This document shows, piece after piece, positions 12,854-41,008 of a DNA stretch of 64,000 nucleotides (positions within the stretch are counted from its first letter, which is position 1; each line of letters starts with the position of its first letter). This stretch comes from Chrysomallon squamiferum. Taxonomy: Eukaryota; Animalia; Mollusca. The notes beneath the pieces were generated by a model. That model was not told the origin of the DNA, searched no databases, and saw only the letters and a list, made by a program, of their open reading frames with translations. The stretch covers positions 1,798,001 through 1,862,000 of the forward strand of contig CM022666.1 in the NCBI GenBank assembly GCA_012295275.1, in the 5' to 3' direction. The position numbers and the translations under genes are program-made.

Positions 12854-12925
12854 TTAAAATATTACCTTAACTCCAGTCGCAGGATACCAAATCCCTCGCA
12901 AAGACAAACGGTCAAGATTAAACAT
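245..12925 (-). CDS. Type II transmembrane mucin-stalk protein with Ig-Ig-chitin-binding (CBM14) head; 8 exons, 3' end may continue beyond the window
   Basis: Exons 12866-12925, 9963-10269, 3832-8754, 3383-3433, 2197-3123, 1611-1931, 897-1211, 265-432 all have GT-AG boundaries and join in frame (first intron phase 0, the rest phase 1). TM follows RRRN; then S/T-rich stalk, two Ig-like exons and a CBM14-type Cys pattern. It either splices on at 265 (AACG|gttggt) or reads through GWFVPW to TGA at 245-247 (2363 aa). Confidence 0.8.
265..432 (-). CDS. Gene 1 exon 8: chitin-binding type-2 (peritrophin-A/CBM14)-like domain
   Basis: Translates GTICDSYQPMHRLQHPFDCRLYITCIPGIILTSSCPGDLCYDEITDTCVAKNAQIN, with the HPxDCxxYxxC...CPxxLxYDxxxxxC pattern. 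Acceptor ttccag at 433-438. This frame is not in the ORF track. Confidence 0.8.
897..1211 (-). CDS. Gene 1 exon 7: second Ig-like domain
   Basis: FPTSPVNIDVRTDIQENQTVTLRCSG...IYWSVK...SWNGTEIRCET...IFVLP has the B-strand Cys, C-strand Trp and F-strand Cys. Phase 1-1 exon. Confidence 0.8.
1240..1597. repeat. (TAA/TAG)n compound microsatellite in the intron between the Ig exons
   Basis: Directly visible; source of the poly-Y/N/I ORFs. Confidence 0.95.
1611..1931 (-). CDS. Gene 1 exon 6: first Ig-like (V-type-like) domain
   Basis: VILMDNITADLYSSPRLGCYFSGEPNW...KNITCLDIGTYFCIANTG...VDLT contains the DxGxYxC F-strand motif. Phase 1-1; donor ACGT|gtaagt. Confidence 0.8.
2197..3123 (-). CDS. Gene 1 exon 5: (SPTT)n mucin/PTS repeat exon
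   Basis: 12-bp tandem unit encoding SPTT with synonymous third-position variation. Acceptor ttgcag at 3124-3129, donor GTGG|gtgagt; phase 1-1. Confidence 0.85.
3383..3433 (-). CDS. Gene 1 exon 4: 51-nt linker (DTEHYGLKGENMTSIST)
   Basis: tttcag acceptor, ACAG|gtatag donor, phase 1-1, open frame. Confidence 0.65.
3832..8754 (-). CDS. Gene 1 exon 3: 4923-nt Ser/Thr-rich mucin-like stalk exon
   Basis: Lies within ORF 3680..8773. Acceptor ttttcag|CC at 8755, donor ACAG|gtaaga at 3831; length 4923 is consistent with phase 1-1. Confidence 0.85.
4110..5230 (-). repeat. Coding minisatellite, 30-33-bp unit (SIASTEQMIIS-like)
   Basis: Repeated tcagttgatgctatactagatgatattatcatttg on the + strand; indels are multiples of 3. 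Confidence 0.9.
6945..7080 (-). repeat. Coding 30-bp repeat (EIFSSVKHT-like, ~4-5 copies)
   Basis: Repeated tttacagatgaaaatatttcggtatg. Confidence 0.85.
7290..7830 (-). repeat. Coding 30-bp minisatellite (SLDTSLSQMM)n
   Basis: Repeated aagaagtgtctagtgacatcatctgactca on the + strand. Confidence 0.9.
9963..10269 (-). CDS. Gene 1 exon 2: cytoplasmic segment plus TM helix (signal-anchor)
   Basis: PALRYNSG...KGNNRRRNTLVLVFLLIGLLAVLASVTGAILYSVLNKT; the basic cluster N-terminal to the hydrophobic helix implies N-in topology. Acceptor ttccag, donor ACAG|gtaaga. Confidence 0.8.
11205..11590 (+). repeat. Degenerate 30-bp minisatellite in gene 1 intron 1, inverted homologue of the exonic SLDTS repeat
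   Basis: Unit cttcactagacacttcagtaactaaattag vs coding-strand exon unit tgtcagtagacacttcagtaaaccaaatgg (22/30 identical by eye). Confidence 0.75.
12866..12925 (-). CDS. Gene 1 candidate first coding exon (MFNLDRLSLRGIWYPATGVK)
   Basis: ATG at 12925, AAG|gtaata donor; phase 0 matches the exon 2 acceptor. Confidence 0.55.
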
Positions 12926-13834
12926 GTTTAGCGCGACACCTAACAGCGACCCTTGTCGTTACTCCAGAACTATCAAAAAATAACACGCTGCTGATTTTAA
13001 TATATTTGGCGTTTAAGAGTTTTACTCTTTTAAACAACGATAACATCACTGCCGTGAAATGTTAATGTTTTTTCGATTAAAATATGAGCCTCGGGGTACA
13101 GTGCGTTTCTTTTTAATACAGTTTAGTTGTTGTTGTTTTTTTTATATACATTTTTAAAAAGAAACGGGAATTTTCGTTATAGTTTTATCTGACTGGTCCA
13201 TCGGTTTTTTTCAGTGCGTTGTGGTTATTCTCTGTGTTAAATGTGAACATGGTTTTAATTACCGTACAAACTGGTGAACGTGGTCAAACAGGATGTGAAA
13301 GATAAAAAAAAAAATCATATTTTTTAATGTGATAATTACAGGATGAACGAGCAGGTGAGCTAACAAAGGTGAATAAGAATTTTCAAAGAAAAGAAAAATT
13401 TAATTATTATTATCCTTTACTTTTTTTCGGTTTACGAATATTCTTTCTTGGTTTCGTTGTTATTATCACTATCATCATCACAATCATCATATCATAATAA
13501 TCATCATCATAATCATCATCATCATCATTCGGGGGAGTGCCCCATGATGACCATTAAAGTTGACATCATCACCATTGAATTGGCTTGGACAAAATCATGA
13601 TGACTATCTTTTCAGAAGACAAGAAAACATCGGGTCTTTTGTTGGTTTGCCCTTGATGAACCAACCTGACGTGACTTGGAGACTTAATGTCAGGCAGAAA
13701 ACAGTCAAATAAAACGCTCGGATGAACATTATTGTTAATAAAAGCTGCTGTTTGATGAATCACGACTTCTCGTTCTTGTAGTTAGTCGTTAGCAGATGTC
13801 ATTAACCTTTATATAACTTGAAATTGTTTTCTTA

Positions 13835-13873
<39 letters not shown>

Positions 13874-13926
13874 TTATATATACATACATACACACATACG
13901 TATATACAATACAATACAATATATAC

Positions 13927-13961
<35 letters not shown>

Positions 13962-14288
13962 AAGAAAAGTTAATATTTCTACATCATACAGTTTCAATTT
14001 AAATATTCTGTTATAGATAGAATATTCGTATTACGACTTAAATATAAATATCATTATTATTATTTTTAATAGGTTTTTTTTTTTTTTTTTTTTTTTTCCT
14101 GCTTTTGCTTTGTTTGTTTTTAACATTAGCTGGTTATTTGCAAATTGACACACAAAAGATTTCTTTGTAAACATCTAACTGGAAATTCAAGGTTTTTCAT
14201 TGTCACGTAATAAAATTTTTATTTAATGAGAAAAAACCTCTCTATCTGTCTCTTGTTTGCTCTGTTTTTCCTTCTGGTTTACTTTTTG

Positions 14289-14324
<36 letters not shown>

Positions 14325-14379
14325 GATTTTGTGTTATTATTAGTATTATTATTATTACTTATCATTATCAATATCATTA

Positions 14380-14410
<31 letters not shown>

Positions 14411-14445
14411 CCAACGCTTTCATCTCTCTTCTTTTTTTTTCTTCT

Positions 14446-14476
<31 letters not shown>

Positions 14477-14990
14477 AAGTTTTTTACGTTCCATGATTAT
14501 TCTGTTTCCACGGGCTTTCTTATCGGGATGAAGGTCAAAGCAACACACATTATTACACAATTATTTTAAATTTCACATTTTTGTTTTTTCTTTTTTTTTT
14601 CATCTTCCTTTCTTTTCTTCTTTTTTTTTTTTTTTTTTTTAATTTCTTTCTTTGTTTTTAACAGTGTTTTTATTTATTTATTTTTTTATTAATTTATTTT
14701 TTTTTTATTATTTTTTTATTATTCATAACAAACACTAAAATAAAAAAAATTTTGGATATTTTATTTATAAATTTCAGACAACAGCAAAAAACATAAAAGA
14801 TTATTATAAAAGTCAAGTTTGTGTAAAAAATTCAAATTCAAATTAATTTACTTCTGTTTTGTTTTTTTACAATTTTTTATTTACTGATTTTTTTTACTGC
14901 TATATTGTCTTAAACAATGTTATGGGGGTTTTTTGGAATGGTTTTATAAACAAAAGGACCCAAATGAAAATAATAAAGGATGAATTATAT

Positions 14991-15062
14991 GGTTCCATGG
15001 TGTAATGGTTAGCACTCTGGACTTTGAATCCAGCGATCCGAGTTCAAATCCCGGTGGAACCT
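14991..15062 (+). tRNA. tRNA-Gln-TTG: tRNA-Gln (anticodon TTG)
   Basis: GGTTCCATGGTGTAATGGTTAGCACTCTGGACTTTGAATCCAGCGATCCGAGTTCAAATCCCGGTGGAACCT: 72 nt, cloverleaf, A/B boxes, T-run terminator immediately downstream. A52-C62 mismatch in the T stem. Confidence 0.93.
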
Positions 15063-16086
15063 TCTTTTTTTAATATTTATTTATTTTTTATTGTTTTGTT
15101 TTTTTAAATAATCTGTTACCCAGTTCATAATGTAGTTTGTATTTTATTTTGATTAGTGTTTTTTTTTCAATCCTTCCATATACACGATCACTTTCTTAAA
15201 TTTATTTATAACTGCCTTTCTTTCCAACCTTGAAACTTCCATGTTATTAATTAAAACACACAAAATAATTTCTAAAACTGTTAGAGTGATAAATATTGTC
15301 ACTTTTCTGTCAACTCTCTCTAAGAGGGCGTGCAGTATTTGTCGAAACTACAAACCAAGCCCTCCCGTATTTGTTTAGCAGGCAAAGAAAACTCATCAGC
15401 CGAATTTTAAATCGATTCAGTGTGGATTTTACTCGACAAGAATATTCTACCTACGTCATTCATTATCAAACAGAATAAATGTCAGCTTTAAAAAAATATA
15501 TATAAACACCCATTTTTATTATTATTATTATTATTATTATTACTTTTTTTTTTCATTTTTTTTTTTTTTCTGCTGAATATTTATTTTCAAATATGTTTCG
15601 TTAAAAGTCGACAAAATCCGAATGTTATTTTGTACGGAATGCAAATGGAAATTCTTTCGCCAATCGGGAACTCACGGAAATAACGACATTAGGATCAGAG
15701 TTTGAAATCTCCTGTCATATTTTACTGCCTGATTCATATCTTAATATAAATTATAATATAATCGTGAATAACTCTATAGAACTCTTAAAGCGAATAATAT
15801 GATTATAACTACGAAAAGAGTTTGATTACAATGTTATTGTTAAACAACTGTATGAAATAGAGTAACCGCCCCTGAGATCCGTGTTTTCCCATTCTTGCAG
15901 GTTTGAAATGCTTCGCGTGTTAAACTGAAACAGTTGTTATGAAAGTGGGCGGAAATAAAAAAGATGTTTCGTAATGTAAACTTCCCATTTTGAATAATAT
16001 CTGTTTTATTTTTTTATTTTTTTTTCAATTCAGATGTAGACGTTGGAAAAGCACAGTTGTCATCATCATCATCATCAACATTATTA

Positions 16087-16129
<43 letters not shown>

Positions 16130-16319
16130 TACTATTACTAATAATAATACTACTATCATTATTTGTTATTTACTTATTTATTTATTATTATTAATTATTA
16201 TTATTATCATCATTATAATTTATATTGTATATTATTATTACTTTTGTTATTAATATTATTATTTATTTATTAGTAGTATTAGTATTAGCTTTATATATAT
16301 TATTTATATTATTATTTTA

Positions 16320-16374
<55 letters not shown>

Positions 16375-16385
16375 TTTGTTGTTCC

Positions 16386-16445
<60 letters not shown>

Positions 16446-16464
16446 CACACACACACAAACACAA

Positions 16465-16542
<78 letters not shown>

Positions 16543-17131
16543 CTGTGCCACACCTCTATCATACCACTTTGATAACACTAAGTCACTCATATCTCTCTTT
16601 ACAATTACAACACAGCCTGTCACAACTAACAAGGTGGAAAATAAAGCAAACGAGAACGTTTGGCCCCTGGTACTACCTATTTATACTTACTGATAAGAAA
16701 AAGATAAAAGGGAACATTAACAATTCATATAATTACGGATGATAGGGCGAAATCGTGACGCATGTAAAATAGAATAGATTCTTTTTTCTAGAAGCAACAA
16801 TTCAGCTTAATATAAGTTATTAATAAACGTACTGTGGAGCAGAACGTTAATTGTTGTGTTTTGGGTTCGATGTATGAAAGGGACGTGACATTATTTTGTT
16901 CTTATTAAATCTTAAAATAAATTAAAATAAAGAAATCGTACGAAAATGATTACGTATATAAAATTCCGATTTACAAATGCTGAAATTAAACGGTGTTATT
17001 GGTTCGAGTAAATAAATAACAGTTAAATGAAAAATAAATAAATAAATTTAAAATAAAAATAATAATAACAGCAACAAAAACAATAATAATAAAAACAACG
17101 ACAATAATAATAATAATAATAATGATAATAA

Positions 17132-17203
17132 AGGTTCACCACAGATTTGAAATAGTTTTGCTAGATTCAAAGAGAAGAAGACTAACCATTGAACTAGGTA
17201 ACC
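17132..17203 (-). pseudogene. Decayed tRNA-Gln(TTG) pseudogene
   Basis: The reverse complement aligns ungapped to the 14991 tRNA at 50/72 nt by hand count. It keeps AATGGTTAG, CTTTGAATC and TTCAAATC, but the stems are broken. Confidence 0.75.
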
Positions 17204-17417
17204 GCTTGTAATAGATTTACTTGTTTCGTTTATAATAATAATAATTAGTAGTAGAATTGCTGTTGTTGTTGTTGTTACTGATGTGTTATCTATCTATGTC
17301 TGTCTGTCTGTATGTGTGCCTGTCTGTCTGTCTATCTATCTATATATCTGTCTATATATATATAAATAATTCTTGATCTCCAATATATTCATAATAATAC
17401 AATTAACAAATAATATA

Positions 17418-17478
17418 CAGTAAAACCTCGATTTAACGGACACCCCTTAGCCTCCAGTTCGCTGTTTAAATCGAAACG
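17418..17478. mobile_element. Tc1/pogo(Tigger)-like MITE terminal fragment
   Basis: TA followed by CAGTAAAACCTCGATTTAACGGAC resembles pogo/Tigger-type TIRs, with an internal inverted sub-repeat gtttaaatcga. No matching second TIR found. Confidence 0.4.
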
Positions 17479-17501
17479 TCTACCGCGCGCGCTGTGTGCA
17501 A

Positions 17502-18220
17502 TTAATTTACCTTCGTAAACACGTGATTCCAGTAGCTCAGCTGATTATGCACCTCGGGATCATCCAGAAGATTCACCCAAGCTGGTCTGTGAGGCGCTGA
17601 AGCCAGGCTGTTCCCAGCCGAGCCAGACTTCGACTTTCTGTTGGCCTCGCCAAACAGATCGCCTTTTCTCGGAACCAGGTTGCTTCGAGATCCAAACACA
17701 GGGATGCTGTGAACGGAGCTGGTCGTGTTTTGTACGGAAAAGCCATCGTTCCGCTGCCTGGTGGTTTTTCTCGATCCAAATACCGCCCCGTCTTGAACGG
17801 GTCTAGATTCTGTTTTCGGGTTAGTTTCGCCAATGCACGAACGTCCATTTGAACGCGGTAACATTTTGTTTCTTGATCCGAATAATGGTAAATCCTGGAC
17901 AGAACCGGACATTGTTTGTCCGCTGATTACACGAGGAAGTCCATTTCTCCTTTTCCATTAGTCTCGAAATCAGAAAGTCCATTTCTACACGGTGTTATAT
18001 TATTTACTGATCCTGAAACATGCACGGCTTCGTGAGGGTTGGACATCACCTGTCCAGAACGAACACGTGGATATCCTTCTGTCCTCGAATCAGGAACCTG
18101 TGGATGTCTAACAGAACCAGTCGTTGTCTTTCCATTAGGCTCGCCTCCAGCAGGACCATTGGCACGCGATTCCAAAGTCCTTGTTGATCCAAACATCGGT
18201 AATTCACTCGAAGATTTCAT
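17502..18220 (-). pseudogene. Frameshifted ORF encoding a PxFGSR-repeat protein (pseudogene or assembly indel)
   Basis: ORFs 17927..18247 and 17502..17912 share repeats (LPMFGST/LPLFGSR/AVFGSR/IPVFGSR; ETNGK/ETNPK/EPNGK/EANRK). The repeat continues across a frame change near 17950 (RNGLPRVISGQTMSG). Confidence 0.55.
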
Positions 18221-18935
18221 AATGCACGAATGATTAAAAAAAAACAATATCTTAAAACACCTTCTGTTTTTCTTTTTTTTTTTTTTTTTATCAATTTTTC
18301 AAAAATTTCGTTATATTAAAATACATAACTTTTGACCATTTCAATAATAATTTAAAAAATCATGACGATACCGTCATTTTCAAAATTTCGTTTAGATGTC
18401 CATTATTCATGTCTATCATCATTAGTCCCTCTGTCTGTCTCTCTCTGTCTCTCTCTTTAAAACTAACATCCCTGCTTGGTCGCGGGTTTTGCCCATTATG
18501 ACAGTTTGAACCGATACTCAAAGATTCTATTTGCCAGGTTTTTGTCAACACATTTCAGCAAATCTTCAGACCTCTCAGTTCAAACACTGGCCAGGCTCCC
18601 GGCATGCCTTTCGGTATCGATGGCTTGGATAACAGAGGCTGCTTCCGGGGCCTTAGCGCGCAAAGATAGGTAATCATTACGTCATTAAGTGGACACAAGA
18701 TAAGAGCAGTCGTTCGCTGGAATTTTGTCTCTCCTCTGTAAGAAAGCCATGACGTAAGTTTTGAATACCTTTCCTGTGTTTTTAATGTACTGAAAAGCGC
18801 TTTCAGAGATTTTGATATTGTTTTACTTTGAGGCAAAAATTAATGTCTATGTACGGATTATTACATACGTACATACGTACGTACAGTTAAACAATACAGA
18901 TAAAATACGTTCATGTATACTATTCCAGATATTAG

Positions 18936-18977
<42 letters not shown>

Positions 18978-19117
18978 TTATTATTATTATTACTGTTGTT
19001 GTTGTTGTTGTTGTTGTTATTATTATTATTGTTCAGATAAATAAAATAATGAATTATGTTCAACATCTTAAACTTGTCAGGTAAATAAATAACGAAATAA
19101 ATAAATAAATAAAATTA

Positions 19118-19148
<31 letters not shown>

Positions 19149-19553
19149 TCTAAAAATCTAAATATATATATATATATATATATATATTTGCTTTAATATA
19201 TTTTATTTTCAAGGTCGTTATTTTATTTATTCATTTATTTATTTAGTCAAAGTTTATTTACAGTGACAAAGACACGGTTGAGTGCGCATGGTCACGATTC
19301 TCGACAGTGTAATATTTCGCTCTTTTCCACTTGCGCAAAAATGTAAAACAGACTCAACCTGTCAAGGGTTCAGTCCCTTCTTTGATTATTTCTAAAATTG
19401 TTGTTCAGTGACTTTGTTTAGTTAAGATCGACGACACATATTCGTTGTTTGTAATTGTATTTAAAGAAAAGAAAAGAAAAGAAAAAATACTGCGGTATAG
19501 TAATTAAATCAATAACTTGATTATATTCTTAAGTTGACGGTTTTGGGTGTGTT

Positions 19554-19625
19554 GGTTCCATGGTGTAATGGTTAGCACTCTGGACTCTGAATCCAGCGAT
19601 CCGAGTTCAAATCTCGGTGGAACCT
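19554..19625 (+). tRNA. tRNA-Gln-CTG: tRNA-Gln (anticodon CTG)
   Basis: GGTTCCATGGTGTAATGGTTAGCACTCTGGACTCTGAATCCAGCGATCCGAGTTCAAATCTCGGTGGAACCT: fully paired stems, canonical metazoan tRNA-Gln, T-run about 18 nt downstream. Confidence 0.96.
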
Positions 19626-20044
19626 AATTATTTGTCCGTTTATTTTTTTTTTTTTTATTATTTTTTTTTAAATTTTATTATTAGCCGTAGGAATAATAAT
19701 TATCAGTGATGGATGATCAGCAGAGAAAACCTTTTTAAATTTAATATATCAGAAATGTAACTTTTACTACAAATATTAGTTGTAAATACTTATATTGTAT
19801 TGCTACTGATGTTACTACTACTACTACTACAATTACCACTACCACTACTGCTACTCCTATTAATACTTCTACTGCTACTACTACTACTATTACTACTAAT
19901 GCTGCAATACTAATGTTACTGTTACTACAGCTACTACTGCTACCACTTTTGTTATTTTCTCTGGTTTTTTTTTTTTTTTTTTTTTTTTACTAATGTCCAT
20001 TTTGCTTCATCTGCTTGTCTTTTTATTAGTCCGATGTGAAACAC

Positions 20045-20250
20045 AAACTGAAATTCATCTTTACTTATACCCCACTTCTAATACTACAGTTATTATCACC
20101 CTACTAAAACTACTACGACAACGATGATTATCATGATCTAATATTATTACAAATAAAAAATGGGATTTTTTGATTCAAAGTCCAAAAATATATAGACGTA
20201 AAAAAATTGTTATTTCAAGCTAATTTTTAAATTTCTGTTTTCATTCAAAA
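20045..20250 (-). pseudogene. Degenerate duplicate of the 20495-20770 tRNA locus with most of the tRNA deleted
   Basis: Flanks are shared with the 20631 copy (ctaatactacagttatta..caacgatgattatca and tcaagctaattttt..ttcaaaa). Only gggattt..gattcaaagtcca of the tRNA remains (~20162-20184). Confidence 0.65.
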
Positions 20251-20289
20251 AATAAAAAATTAATTAATTAACGTTTAATTTTCAAAACT

Positions 20290-20334
<45 letters not shown>

Positions 20335-20630
20335 TACCCAATATATTATGAAATTATAATAATTTGTATAAAAAAAAAAAGAATAAAATTATATGCAGGA
20401 ATGCATACAAAGAAATGAAGTTACATATAAAATGAAACGAGAATATATGCATATGTTTATATTTAATTATAAAGAAATCGGATCTTATAAATTCAAACTG
20501 AAAGTCACCTTTACTTAAACTGTATTGCTAATACTACAGTTATTACCACCCTACTACAACTACTACAACAACGATGATTATCACTATTATCATTACAATT
20601 AAAAATTATTTTGAAAAAAAAAAAAAAACA

Positions 20631-20702
20631 AGGTTCCACCGGGATTTGAACTCGGATCGCTGGATTCAAAGTCCAGAGTGCTAACCATTACACCATGGAA
20701 CC
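20631..20702 (-). tRNA. tRNA-Gln-TTG: tRNA-Gln (anticodon TTG)
   Basis: Reverse complement is identical to 14991-15062; long T-run terminator downstream on the minus strand. Confidence 0.93.
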
Positions 20703-21129
20703 ACATAAACGTAAATATAATTTTCATTTAATCAAGCTAATTTTTCGTTTTCTGTTTTTATTCAAAATTCTAAGATGAACTTTATTGACTCATATATAAA
20801 TGGATGTTATATTTTCCCCGTTCCAACATAATTATGATTACGAAGAATACAGTTAACAAGAGAGGAACAGCAATGAAAGCAATCAACTTTTCTCTTTCAT
20901 TATTATTTTATTTTAGTAATTTATCTATCTCTTGTTTTTCATCTTTGTGTTTTAAAATCAATTTTATTTTAAACTGTCCAGGAAGATCTATATTATTGAG
21001 AGGTAATTATTAGAATGTAAAATAAAATAGGAAAGAGCTATTCAAATAAATAAATATAATTTGAAGTTCGATAGAAACAGCCTTACTCTTCCAAATAAAT
21101 AAATAAATAAATAAATAAATACAGTTCTA

Positions 21130-21179
21130 AGGTTCCACCGAGATTTGAACTCGGATCGCTGGATTCAGAGTTCAGTGTG
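21130..21179 (-). pseudogene. 5'-truncated tRNA-Gln(CTG) fragment
   Basis: Reverse complement CACACTGAACTCTGAATCCAGCGATCCGAGTTCAAATCTCGGTGGAACCT; the acceptor 5' strand and D-arm (A box) are absent. Confidence 0.85.
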
Positions 21180-21428
21180 AAATCGATATATATTTTTTTT
21201 TTTCCTTTTTCTTCCGTGTTTCATCTTCTGTGAATTTCTAGAATCTCCACAGTGGTTTATGAGAAAAAGATAAAAATGATGCTGACTAACATAGATACAG
21301 GATACAGCATCGCCACTAACTAGACAGACTGAGTCCAGGAGAAAGAGCAGAGTTGAGAATAATGAATGAATGGAAATACTTTGATATTCACTTTCATTAC
21401 TTTTGAAATGATTATCGGTGCTCTATTC

Positions 21429-21513
<85 letters not shown>

Positions 21514-22068
21514 TTGTTGTTGTTGTTGTTGTTGGTGGTGATTTAGCTGATGTTTTGCTTTTCCTGGTCGTCATTTCAGTTACTGGTGTGAAGTTTTGAT
21601 TAAAATTTCCTTAATATACTCCATTACTGACTTTTCGAGTTACAGTCAGTGCTCCACGACTCAGTCTGTAAAGGCCATTTTTTAATTTCACAAAACAACA
21701 ACACAGAATATTTATTTAAAATTTTATTGCATGTAAAAAAAAATTTTAAAAAAAAAAAAAAAAGAAAGAAAGAAAGAACGAAAGAAAGAAGGAAAGAAAG
21801 AAAGAAAGAAGAAACCAGCATGACAACATAATGGTAACGTATCACACAATGATGAAATATTACAATGTATTTTTCTGACATTAAAAGAACAACAATGCGG
21901 TGACTCATATAAATAAAATAAAAAAATCATAATGAAACGTCATAAAATTGTACTATGACGTCATAATGATAATGCTTGATGATGTAATTATGAAAATGAC
22001 AATAATTAAATATCACATATTGCACAACCATTTTTCAGTGATTGGAACAGGATTTCGGAAAACGAATG

Positions 22069-22132
<64 letters not shown>

Positions 22133-22301
22133 GTGTTCTTAAAGAAGCAGGAAGCAAATTAATTTGACGTAGTATTTTGAAATACAGCACCAGCGAGATT
22201 AGTGATTTCAGAAATAGTTAATTCTTCAGTTCTCATATTAATACACACACACAAACACACACACACACACACACACACATGTAGGAATGTCTCATATGTA
22301 T

Positions 22302-22360
<59 letters not shown>

Positions 22361-23002
22361 CACAGATAGATAGAGATAGATATAGACACACACACATATG
22401 AGAGACATTCATTTTGTTATGATTACATATGTACGTATCCGTATGTACAGAATTAAAATAAATTTTAGAAATCATTAATAAATAATCGAGGACCATTGGT
22501 ATCCAAAAAGTTACGAAGTAAACACTTCGCTGTATAATCAGTTATAAAACAGTTCAATAAAGGCAGTATTTTAGCGAAAAAAAGAAATAATGATTAGTTC
22601 ACGCATCTGATTTACATTTATCAATCAGTAATGACATTTCTTTCATAATACACATGGTATGAATTTTATATCACATTTATGCAGTGAAGAGTTTGTGTGA
22701 TGTAACTGTCATCATTATAAATAAAATATAATCGTGAGTTTGTTTCAAATGCTGTAGTAAATATCATCATTACTACCATCATCATCATTATCATTGCATT
22801 CATCATCGTCATTATCATCAACCACAACGTCATACTTAATAATATACGCACACAAAAAAGTCCCAGAACACTGGTTACTCGTTTAGCCATCGTACAAAAT
22901 AAACAGTAACAAAACAATAGTCATAATCATCATCATCATTATGATCATTCTGAAAATCATACCCCACACCATATACAAACACACACAAACGGAAAGTCCT
23001 CA

Positions 23003-39847
<16,845 letters not shown>

Positions 39848-39859
39848 TGGTTTTTCAGT

Positions 39860-39960
39860 CTGCTCGCGTGACGTCACGAGGTCACAGTTACGCGGAACGC
39901 TACGTGACCCTGCAGCAGTATCGCACGGGACAAGACATCGCGAAATCGACCAATGAGAAG
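39860..39960 (-). promoter_or_regulatory. CpG-rich proximal promoter/5'UTR of cPLA2 with CRE palindrome and CCAAT
   Basis: TGACGTCA at 39869-39876, AGGTCA half-site at 39879, CCAAT near 39950, directly upstream of the ATG. Confidence 0.45.
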
Positions 39961-40546
39961 CGCCGAAAAGTTAAGGGCTTGACTTGGAAATCCACTACAA
40001 CCACAAAAGCATGTAGCCTCGGTAAAATTTTCTCGACATGTCTAGTGTTGCTATGCCGTGTTACGGAAACAAACACTGATTTCAATTATGACGGGTCAGG
40101 TTTCGCACACACTATTAACATATTACCGTTGCTGTTCCTTTTGTCGATTCATAAATAAACAGTGAGGGGTAAAAAAGCAGCAACCTACCGGCGTTGTTGG
40201 TGAAGTCTGTTTCTAAATTTATTTATTTTTACTTTTATAACTTCTTTTTTTTTTAGTTATTTATGGACAGTTAACAGTGAATAAAATTTATTTGTGGTTT
40301 CTGTTTGTTCGCGTGACGCAGAGGAAGAGGACACAAACGTACGTACGTCTGTACGGTATTAAACAAACAGAAACGAAATAAAAAAAAATCAATCATTTCT
40401 TAATGAGATATATATATAAAAAAATGTGTACTGAGACAGAAAATAAAGGTGTTTTCATTATCAATTTATTTTCTTTGTCTAGGTTTTTTTTTTTGTTTTT
40501 TTTTTTTGTGTGTGTATGTGTGTTTAAAAACAATAGTTTGTCGTTC

Positions 40547-40612
<66 letters not shown>

Positions 40613-41008
40613 CGGCAGACAGATAGGTACATACATAAATAAATAGATGTATAGGTTTTAGTATCGCATGCAGGTACATATGCATAGATGTATATATTAC
40701 TTATACACACATGCACAAGTACATATCACTCAAATATTTAGTATATATGTTACATATTTATATTTTCACATACATATCTATTTATAGAACATACATGTAT
40801 ATAATTACGTGCTCACGTGCATTTTCCCACCTTTCAGTGAAAAGAAATGCAAACATGCACTGGTTATTTAATGTCATTTTAATAGGCCTTCAGGATCAAC
40901 GTTTTTCTTCTTCTTTTTTTTATCTACACTAAATACCACCCGTATGACGACAGAAGAAAACTATGTGAAACCCAGTCAGCTGTAGATGTCAAAGGTTAAG
41001 AAAAAGCC

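Noticed and set aside
13540-13680. C/D-box-like motifs (ATGATGA...CTGA)
   Set aside because: No adjacent terminal stem, no recognisable rRNA guide and no host intron on that strand; next to (ATC)n sequence that creates such motifs by chance.
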